This document shows positions 55,955 to 64,000 of a stretch of 64,000 nt of DNA, one piece after another. A model generated the notes under the pieces. The model ran no database searches. It had not been told where the DNA came from and was given only the letters and a program-made list of their open reading frames with translations. How positions within the stretch are numbered: the first letter of the stretch is position 1; every line of letters begins with the position of its first letter. The stretch is taken from the NCBI RefSeq assembly GCF_030406665.1, contig NZ_CP129121.1:3162256-3226255 (forward strand). The letters are read 5' to 3'. Origin of the DNA: Halomonas halophila. GTDB lineage: Bacteria > Pseudomonadota > Gammaproteobacteria > Pseudomonadales > Halomonadaceae. A program made the position numbers and the translations under genes.

Positions 55955-56266
55955 TTACGCGGAGATCCCGGTGATCTTGACTTCGGTGAACCACTGACGG
56001 TGGCCCTGACGCTTCATGCTGTGCTTGCGGCGACGGAACTTGATGATGTTCACCTTGTCGCCACGGCCATGAGCGACGACCTCAGCAGACACCTTGGCAC
56101 CGTCGACGGTCGGCGCGCCGACCTGGACGTCGTCATCGCCACCCACCAGCAGAACTTCATCGAACTCGATGGTGTCGCCGGTCGGCACTTCCAGCTTCTC
56201 GAGCTTGAGAGTCTGGCCTTCCTGAACGCGGTACTGCTTGCCACCGCTCTTGATAACTGCGTACAT
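55955..56266 (-). CDS. rplU: 50S ribosomal protein L21
   Basis: '[25 protein letters not shown]' is the canonical L21. ATG 56266 with 'ggagag' SD. Confidence 0.97.
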   Translation of the reverse strand: MYAVIKSGGKQYRVQEGQTLKLEKLEVPTGDTIEFDEVLLVGGDDDVQVGAPTVDGAKVSAEVVAHGRGDKVNIIKFRRRKHSMKRQGHRQWFTEVKITGISA

Positions 56267-56572
56267 GCTTGTCTCTCCGGTACTCATCGGGGGTTGGCTC
56301 TTCATCGACCTGCTTCGAGTGGCGCCCCTTCCGGCAACCATCTGACAGGGAGCGAGATGAGTGGGTCGCGGATTATAACCGCACGCGCGCAGGACGACAA
56401 CCCGGCCGACACCCTGAACGCCGCGTCCGGCGCGGCCCGAGCACCAGCGCGGGCGCGCGCCTTGACGCCCCAAGGGGGGCCCCATAGCATGACCCTCACT
56501 CCCAGGCCGGCGCCAGGGGCATCGCGCACGGATGCCGCCCGCCGCCCCCACCACTTCGTCGATGCCGCCTTC

Positions 56573-57580
56573 ATGTCAGCCAACCCTTCGTCGCCACAGC
56601 TCGAGAACGCCGTCCCCGCCTCGCCCATCCATGCCGTCGTCGCCGAGGACTTCGCCGCCGTCAACCGCACCATCCTCGAACAGCTCGCCTCCAAGGTGCC
56701 GCTGGTGGAGACCATCGGGCAGTACATCATCGACAGCGGCGGCAAGCGCCTGCGCCCGCTGCTGGTGCTGCTGGCCGCCCGCTCGCTGGGCGTCGAGGGC
56801 GACCGCCACATCACCCTGGCCACGCTGATCGAGTTCATGCACACCTCGACCCTGCTGCACGACGACGTGGTAGACGAATCCCACATGCGCCGCGGCAAGG
56901 CCACCGCCAACGATGCCTGGGGCAACGCGCCTTCGGTGCTGGTCGGCGACTTCCTCTATTCACGCTCGTTCCAGATGATGGTCGACGTGGGCTCGATGCG
57001 GATCATGGAAGTGCTCTCCGCCGCCACCTGCACCATCGCCGAGGGCGAGGTCCAGCAGCTGACCAACGTCGGCAACCCCGACGTGGACGAGGCCGCCTAC
57101 TTCGAGACCATTCAGGGCAAGACCGCCATGCTGTTCGAGGCGGCCTCCCACAGCGGCGCCCTGCTCGCCGGTGCCACGCCCGAGCAGGAAGACGCGCTGC
57201 GCCTGTACGGCCGCTACCTGGGCCTGGCCTTCCAGCTGGTCGACGACCTGCTCGACTACCAGGGCGACGCCGAGGCGATGGGCAAGAACGTCGGCGACGA
57301 CCTGGCCGAGGGCAAGCCGACCCTGCCACTGATCCAGGCCATGGCCGCCGGCACCGCCGAGCAGGCCAAGGTGGTCCGTCAGGCCATCCGCCAGGGCGGC
57401 CTCGAGCGCCTCGACGAGGTGCTGGCCATCGTCGGCGAGACCGGCGCGCTGGAGTACACCCGCGCCAAGGCCGAGGAGATGTCCGCCAAGGCCCTGGCCC
57501 AGCTGGATGCCCTGCCCGACTCCCCCTACCGCAACAGCATGGCCGAACTGGCCCGCCTGGCGGTGGAACGCCGCAACTGA
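56573..57580 (+). CDS. ispB: Octaprenyl-diphosphate synthase
   Basis: '[28 protein letters not shown]' (first DDxxD) and '[13 protein letters not shown]' (second DDxxD). Aligns with E. coli IspB along its length. Divergent from rplU, as in E. coli. Confidence 0.9.
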   Translation: MSANPSSPQLENAVPASPIHAVVAEDFAAVNRTILEQLASKVPLVETIGQYIIDSGGKRLRPLLVLLAARSLGVEGDRHITLATLIEFMHTSTLLHDDVVDESHMRRGKATANDAWGNAPSVLVGDFLYSRSFQMMVDVGSMRIMEVLSAATCTIAEGEVQQLTNVGNPDVDEAAYFETIQGKTAMLFEAASHSGALLAGATPEQEDALRLYGRYLGLAFQLVDDLLDYQGDAEAMGKNVGDDLAEGKPTLPLIQAMAAGTAEQAKVVRQAIRQGGLERLDEVLAIVGETGALEYTRAKAEEMSAKALAQLDALPDSPYRNSMAELARLAVERRN

Positions 57581-57685
57581 GCCCGAGGCCGGAGATCGGC
57601 GAAGACGGAGAAGTAAAAGAAGGGCTTGCATTCCGTCTTCGCCTACGTATAATACTCATCCGTCGCCGAGAGACACGGCAGGCAT

Positions 57686-57762
57686 CGGAGTATAGCTCAG
57701 CTTGGTAGAGCGCTGCCTTCGGGAGGCAGAGGTCGTAGGTTCGAATCCTGCTACTCCGACCA
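57686..57762 (+). tRNA. tRNA-Pro (anticodon CGG)
   Basis: CGGAGTATAGCTCAGCTTGGTAGAGCGCTGCCTTCGGGAGGCAGAGGTCGTAGGTTCGAATCCTGCTACTCCGACCA. 7-bp acceptor, anticodon loop uuCGGga, TPsiC loop GGTTCGAAT, encoded CCA. Confidence 0.9.
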
Positions 57763-57778
57763 AGGACATCAGTAAAAA

Positions 57779-57813
57779 CGCCCACTTAGCTCAATCGAGC
57801 GGTGGGCGTTTTT
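57779..57813. terminator. Rho-independent terminator after tRNA-Pro (A-run upstream, so likely bidirectional and also serving the convergent regulator gene)
   Basis: cgcccac-(16-nt loop)-gtgggcg followed by ttttt. Confidence 0.55.
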
Positions 57814-57834
57814 CGTTTCCCTCGGCTTGTTTCA

Positions 57835-59256
<1,422 letters not shown>

Positions 59257-59378
59257 GGAAGGCCCCGTGATGCATAAATGAATCGCGCGATTCACCAATG
59301 TATCACGGCCACGGTGCCAGCGATCCAGAAATGAATCAACACACTCTAAACCTCCAACAATATCAGCTAGTTAAAAAG

Positions 59379-59395
59379 TGGCACGTTTCATGCTT
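59379..59395 (+). promoter_or_regulatory. Sigma-54 (-24/-12) promoter upstream of the ureohydrolase gene
   Basis: TGGCAC-gtttc-aTGCTT against consensus TGGCAC-N5-TTGCW. GG and GC are correctly spaced, 39 nt before the ATG, in an AT-rich intergenic divergent from the sigma-54 activator. Confidence 0.6.
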
Positions 59396-59433
59396 AAGGT
59401 AACGATGAACAACCCCAATGATATGGAGCCCCA

Positions 59434-60384
59434 ATGAGCGACTTTAACCAGCCCCTCGGCGGCAACGAGATGCCACGCTTCGGCGGCCCCGCCACCATGA
59501 TGCGCCTGCCCACCCAGGACAGCGCCGCCGGGCTCGATGCCGCCTTCATCGGCGTGCCCATGGACATCGGCGCCTCCAACCGCCCCGGCACACGCCTGGG
59601 GCCGCGCCAGATCCGCGACGAGTCGCGCATGCTTCGCCCCTACAACATGGCCACCCGCGCCGCGCCCTTCGACAGCCTGCAGGTCGCCGACATCGGCGAC
59701 GTGGCGATCAACACCTTCAACCTGCCCAAGAACCTCGACATCATCACCGGCTTCTACGACGAGGTGCTGTCTCACGACTGCGTGCCCTTGACGATGGGCG
59801 GCGACCACACCCTGACCTGGCCGCTGCTGCGCGCCATCGCCAGGAAGCACGGCCCGGTCGGCCTGATTCACATCGATGCCCACGCCGACGTCAACGAGCA
59901 CATGTTCGGCGAGGAAATCGCCCACGGCTGCCCCTTCCGCCGCGCCCAGGAAGAGGGCCTGCTGGACAGCAACCGCGTGGTGCAGATCGGCCTGCGCGGC
60001 ACCGGCTACGCCGCCGACGACTTCGACTGGTGCCGCGACCAGGGTTTCCGCGTCGTGACCGCCGAGCAGTGCTGGTACAAGTCGCTGGCGCCGCTGATGG
60101 CCGAAGTGCGCGAGCAGATGGGCGACGGCCCGGTGTACATCTCCTTCGACATCGACGGCCTGGACCCCTCGGTCGCCCCCGGCACCGGCACCGTCGAGAT
60201 GGGCGGCCTCACCGCCCAGCAGGGGCTGGAGATCGTGCGCGGCGCGGCGGGCCTCAACGTCGTCGGCGGCGACCTGGTCGAGGTCTCGCCCCCCTATGAC
60301 ACCAGCGGCAACACCGCGCTGATGGGCGCCACCCTGCTCTACGAGATGCTCTGCGTGCTGCCCGGCGTGATACACCGCGACTGA
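59434..60384 (+). CDS. Agmatinase-family ureohydrolase (guanidinobutyrase/guanidinopropionase/agmatinase type)
   Basis: Arginase-fold metal ligands 'GGDHTLTWP', 'IHIDAHADV', 'SFDIDGLDP'. 316 aa. 'ggag' SD. Confidence 0.85.
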   Translation: MSDFNQPLGGNEMPRFGGPATMMRLPTQDSAAGLDAAFIGVPMDIGASNRPGTRLGPRQIRDESRMLRPYNMATRAAPFDSLQVADIGDVAINTFNLPKNLDIITGFYDEVLSHDCVPLTMGGDHTLTWPLLRAIARKHGPVGLIHIDAHADVNEHMFGEEIAHGCPFRRAQEEGLLDSNRVVQIGLRGTGYAADDFDWCRDQGFRVVTAEQCWYKSLAPLMAEVREQMGDGPVYISFDIDGLDPSVAPGTGTVEMGGLTAQQGLEIVRGAAGLNVVGGDLVEVSPPYDTSGNTALMGATLLYEMLCVLPGVIHRD

Positions 60385-60393
60385 GCCGACCCG

Positions 60394-60424
60394 ACCCGGC
60401 CCCCCCCCCCCCCCGGGGCCGGGT
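60394..60424 (+). repeat. GC hairpin whose loop is a C15 homopolymer
   Basis: acccggcccc-(c)11-ggggccgggt: a 10-bp stem enclosing a run of 15 consecutive C (60400-60414). 10 nt after the ureohydrolase stop, with no U-tract. Confidence 0.8.
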
Positions 60425-60456
60425 TCTACCCATTACAAGATCAATAGGGAAACCCC

Positions 60457-61836
60457 ATGGCCAACTCCTTCGACACCCAACTGGCCAGTCGCGCGGCACC
60501 GCTGAGCCGCGCCGGACTGCTGAAGTTCCTGATCCCCTCTCTGCTGGGCATCGGCCTGTTCCTGGTGCCCTTCTCCACCGGCGACACCATCAACATCGGC
60601 ATGGGCCTGATGGCCGACGGCCTCAAGGCGCTGCTCGGCGATGCCCTGCCGACCATCGCCACGGTCGTGCTGTGCCTGTCCGTAGCGCTGACGCTGACGG
60701 TCAAGCTGACTCGGCCCGCCTGGGCCCGCGAGGGCGCCCTGCACGAGCTGTTCGACGTGGCGCCTCTGTGGGTGATCATGCGCGTGCTGGGCGCGGCGTT
60801 CGCGCTGATGACCTACTTCCAGGTCGGCCCGGAGGCGGTCACCGCCTCCTTCACCGGGGGCGTGATGCTCAACGACCTGGCCCCGGTACTGCTGACCTTC
60901 TTCTTCTTCGCCGCCATCCTGCTGCCCTTCCTGGTCGACTTCGGCTTCATGGAGTTCATCGGCAGTCTGGTGCGCACGCCCTTCCGCAAGATCTTCGGCC
61001 TGCCCGGGCGCAGCGCCATCGATGCCACCGCCTCCTGGATGGGATCCGGCACCGTGGGCGTGCTGATCACCACCCAGCAGTACGAGCAGGGCTACTACAA
61101 CGCCCGCGAGGCCTCGGCGATCGCCACCAACTTCTCCATCGTCTCGATCGCCTTCGCCCTGCTGGTCACCAGCTTCATCGGCATCAACCACCTGTTCGTG
61201 CCCTTCTACCTGACCGTGGTGGTCGCCGGCCTGGTCGCCGCCGTCATCGTGCCGCGCCTGCCGCCGCTGTCGCGCAAGTCGAACGCCTACCACGAGCCAG
61301 TAGGCTGCCAGATTCAGGAAGAAAACACCGGCGACCAGAGCCTGCTGCGCTACAGCCTGGGCATGGCCGTGGCACGTGCCGAGACCGCCCCGGGTCCGCT
61401 CAAGCTGGCACGCATCGCGCTGTTCAACGTCGCCGACATCTTCCTCGGCCTGCTGCCGCTGGTGATCGCCATCGGCACCGTGGCGCTGGTGCTGGCCGAA
61501 TTCACGCCGCTGTTCACCTGGCTCTCCGCGCCCATGGTGCCGGTGCTGGAATGGATGCGGATCCCCGAGGCCGAGGCCGCCGCCCCCGCCACCCTGGTGG
61601 GCTTCGCCGACATGTTCCTGCCGGCGGTGCTGGCCAGCGACATCGAGAGCGAGCTGACCCGCTTCGTGATCGCCTGCCTGTCGCTGACCCAGCTGATCTA
61701 CATGTCCGAGATCGGCGCCCTGCTGCTGAAATCGAAGATCCCGCTCAAGCTGTGGGAGCTGGTGGTGATCTTCCTGCTGCGCACCGCCATCACCCTTCCG
61801 ATCATCGTGTTCATGGGCCATTGGCTGGTGGGCTGA
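60457..61836 (+). CDS. Polytopic membrane transporter, YjiH/nucleoside-recognition (Gate)-domain-like family
   Basis: 459 aa with about 10-12 TM helices. Gly-rich conserved segments 'TASWMGSGTVGVLITT' and 'GIGLFLVPF'. Its position between the catabolic enzymes suggests substrate uptake. Confidence 0.55.
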   Translation: MANSFDTQLASRAAPLSRAGLLKFLIPSLLGIGLFLVPFSTGDTINIGMGLMADGLKALLGDALPTIATVVLCLSVALTLTVKLTRPAWAREGALHELFDVAPLWVIMRVLGAAFALMTYFQVGPEAVTASFTGGVMLNDLAPVLLTFFFFAAILLPFLVDFGFMEFIGSLVRTPFRKIFGLPGRSAIDATASWMGSGTVGVLITTQQYEQGYYNAREASAIATNFSIVSIAFALLVTSFIGINHLFVPFYLTVVVAGLVAAVIVPRLPPLSRKSNAYHEPVGCQIQEENTGDQSLLRYSLGMAVARAETAPGPLKLARIALFNVADIFLGLLPLVIAIGTVALVLAEFTPLFTWLSAPMVPVLEWMRIPEAEAAAPATLVGFADMFLPAVLASDIESELTRFVIACLSLTQLIYMSEIGALLLKSKIPLKLWELVVIFLLRTAITLPIIVFMGHWLVG

Positions 61837-61885
61837 GACGATCCCCATGAACCGCGAGAGCCTGAATCCTGAGAGAGAAACGCCC

Positions 61886-63520
61886 ATGACCTGCGCCGAC
61901 CTGCTGATTCGCCTGCTGCGCGACACCTACGGGGTGGACACCGTGTTCGGGATCCCCGGCGTGCATACCGTTGAGCTCTACCGCGGCCTCGCCGGCGGCG
62001 AGGGCAGCGGCATCCGCCATGTCACGCCGCGCCACGAGCAGGGCGCCGGCTTCATGGCCGACGGCTACGCCCGCGCCACCGGCAAGCCCGGGGTGTGCTT
62101 CATCATCACCGGGCCCGGCATGACCAACATCGCCACCGCCATGGGTCAGGCGCTGGCCGACTCGGTGCCGATGCTGGTGATCTCCAGCGTCAATCGCCGC
62201 GACACCCTGGGTCGCGGGCAGGGCCGGCTGCATGAACTGCCGAGCCAGCAGCAGCTGATCGCCGGGGTCGCCCGCTTCAGCCACACCCTGCTCGACCCCG
62301 AGGGCCTGCCCGAAACGCTGGCCCGGGCCTTCGCGGTATTCGAAGGCGCACGGCCGGGGCCTGTGCATCTCGAGATTCCCATCGATCTGTTCGATGCCCC
62401 GGTCCGCACGCCGCGGCACTGGCAGCGAGCGGCACTGGCCAAGGCCGCGCCGGATCCCGTGGCCATCGCCGAAGCAGGCGCCTGGCTGGCAGATGCCGCA
62501 CGCCCGCTGGTGCTGCTCGGCGGCGGCAGCGTGGCCGCCCCCGAGGCCGCTCGCGCGCTGGTCGAGGCGCTCGATGCCCCCGCCGTCACCACCATCAACG
62601 CCAAGGGACTGCTCGGCCGCGACCATCCGCTGGACCTGGGCGCCAACGCCTCGCTGCCGGCGGTGCGCGAGCTGGCACGGGACGCCGACGTGGTGCTGGC
62701 CATCGGCACCGAGCTCGGCGAGACCGACTACGACGTGGTGTTCGACGACGGCTTCACGCTCGACGGCCGACTGATCCGCATCGACGTGGATCCCCAGCAG
62801 CTGGCCCGCAACCAGGCCGCCGACCTGGCCCTGGTGGCCGACGCCGGCCAGGCCCTCGCGGCCCTGGCGTCGCACTTCAAAGGAACCCGGCTGAACCGTG
62901 GCGGCGCCGAGCGTACACGGGCCGCCCATGAGGCGATGGGGCTCGCCGAGGACCCGGCCTTTGCCGCCTATGTGCCGCTGTTCGACACCCTGCGCGAGGC
63001 CCTGCCCGAGGCGATCCTGGTCGGCGATTCCTGCGCCACCACCTACGCGGCCAACCACCTGGTCGCCCAGCCGGCCCCGCGGCGCTTCTTCAACGCTTCC
63101 ACCGGCTACGGCACCCTCGGCTACGGCCTGCCGGCGGCGCTCGGCGCCAGCCTCGCCCGCCCCGACCTGCCGGTGGTGGCCCTGGTCGGCGACGGCGGCG
63201 TGATGTTCACCCTGCCGGAGCTGGCCTGCGCGGTGGAGGAACGCCTGCCGGTAGTGATCCTGCTGTGGCACAACCAGGGCTACGAGGAGATCCGCCGCTT
63301 CATGGACGACGCCGGCGTCACCCGCCTCGGCGTCGACCTCCAGGCCCCGGACTTCCTCACCGTGGCCCGCGGCTTCGGCTGTGCCGCCACCCGCGTCGCC
63401 GCCCCCGCGGAGCTGGCCCAGGCGCTGTCCAGCCGCCCCGCCGACGGTCCGCTGCTGATCGAAGTCGACGCCGCGGCCTGGGCTCGCGCCGCCTCGCCTG
63501 AATTCGGACCTGGAGCCTGA
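61886..63520 (+). CDS. Thiamine-pyrophosphate enzyme of the acetolactate-synthase/decarboxylase family (2-ketoarginine decarboxylase AruI-like by context)
   Basis: Start at ATG 61886 ('gagagagaaa' SD). N-terminal 'FGIPGVHTVELYRGL' Pyr domain. TPP-binding 'GYGTLGYGLPAALGASLA...VVALVGDGGVMFT'. 544 aa. Confidence 0.8.
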   Translation: MTCADLLIRLLRDTYGVDTVFGIPGVHTVELYRGLAGGEGSGIRHVTPRHEQGAGFMADGYARATGKPGVCFIITGPGMTNIATAMGQALADSVPMLVISSVNRRDTLGRGQGRLHELPSQQQLIAGVARFSHTLLDPEGLPETLARAFAVFEGARPGPVHLEIPIDLFDAPVRTPRHWQRAALAKAAPDPVAIAEAGAWLADAARPLVLLGGGSVAAPEAARALVEALDAPAVTTINAKGLLGRDHPLDLGANASLPAVRELARDADVVLAIGTELGETDYDVVFDDGFTLDGRLIRIDVDPQQLARNQAADLALVADAGQALAALASHFKGTRLNRGGAERTRAAHEAMGLAEDPAFAAYVPLFDTLREALPEAILVGDSCATTYAANHLVAQPAPRRFFNASTGYGTLGYGLPAALGASLARPDLPVVALVGDGGVMFTLPELACAVEERLPVVILLWHNQGYEEIRRFMDDAGVTRLGVDLQAPDFLTVARGFGCAATRVAAPAELAQALSSRPADGPLLIEVDAAAWARAASPEFGPGA

Positions 63521-63521
63521 C

Positions 63522-64000
63522 ATGCAACGACTCACCCAGCAGTTCATCGACAACCACTGGATCGCGAGCCGCAGCGAGCGCCGCCTGCCGGTGACCGATC
63601 CCTACCGCCAGGAGACGATCGCCGAGGTCACCGCCGGCGACCCGGCCGACGTCGACGCCGCGGTGGGCGCCGCACGCCGTGCCCTGCCCGCCTGGCAGGC
63701 GCTGGGCGGCGAGCGTCGGGCGGTCTACCTCGAGGCCTTCGCCGACGCCCTCGTCGAGCGCCGCGAGGCGCTGATGCGGCTGTCTTCCACCAACAACGGC
63801 AAGGCCCTGGCCGAGACCGCCATCGATCTCGACGATGCCATCGCCTGCTATCGCTACTACGCCGGCCAGGCCCGGGCCCTGGAGGCCCGCCAGGGGCGCC
63901 TGGTCGAGCATGGCATGGACGGCATCGAGGCCCGCACCTACGAGGACCCGGCCGGCGTGGTCGGCCTGATCACGCCCTGGAACTTCCCGCTGGTCACCAG
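63522..64000 (+). CDS. NAD(P)-dependent aldehyde dehydrogenase, 5' portion (continues beyond the window)
   Basis: ATG 63522, 1 nt after the TPP-enzyme stop. 'FIDNHWIASRSERRLPVTDPYRQETIAEV...VGLITPWNFPL' is the ALDH N-terminal signature. Confidence 0.8.
   Translation, partial: MQRLTQQFIDNHWIASRSERRLPVTDPYRQETIAEVTAGDPADVDAAVGAARRALPAWQALGGERRAVYLEAFADALVERREALMRLSSTNNGKALAETAIDLDDAIACYRYYAGQARALEARQGRLVEHGMDGIEARTYEDPAGVVGLITPWNFPLVT

Overview
This is a high-GC (roughly 65%) gammaproteobacterial chromosomal segment; the gene order resembles Pseudomonas and Halomonadaceae. Most of it is core housekeeping. A complete rrn operon lies on the minus strand at about 9.0-14.2 kb: 16S, tRNA-Ile(GAU), tRNA-Ala(UGC), 23S, 5S, with a boxA leader and tandem terminators. 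An ilvIH-[ilvY]-ilvC-pssA block, clpB, and an rluD-pgeF / bamD pair follow. A type IV minor-pilin cluster is fused to the conserved ispH-fkpB-lspA-ileS-ribF-murJ-rpsT run. Then come proB-obgE-rpmA-rplU, divergent ispB, tRNA-Pro(CGG), and a sigma-54-regulated catabolic locus: agmatinase-family ureohydrolase, transporter, thiamine-pyrophosphate (TPP) decarboxylase-like enzyme, aldehyde dehydrogenase. No IS elements, integrases or CRISPR arrays were seen. The most unusual segment is a minus-strand cluster at 25.1-33.6 kb: a YqiJ/NfeD-like membrane protein, a flotillin/SPFH protein with a very long coiled coil, a giant (~1640 aa) protein whose only recognisable enzymatic module is a C-terminal AAA+ ATPase, and a 294-aa C-terminally membrane-anchored protein. 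A 0.5-kb AT-rich control region sits upstream. I propose, as a hypothesis, an SPFH-microdomain-coupled AAA+ machine analogous in logic to HflK/C-FtsH. Other oddities: two perfect tandem-repeat arrays, (CAAGCTG)x29 and a 14-mer x5, bracket a bidirectional terminator between bamD and nadE. A PilX homologue carries a ~400-aa beta-helix-like C-terminal extension in a pilin cluster lacking pilY1. A C15 homopolymer forms the loop of a GC hairpin. A partial duplicate of the 5S-end and terminator junction is present.
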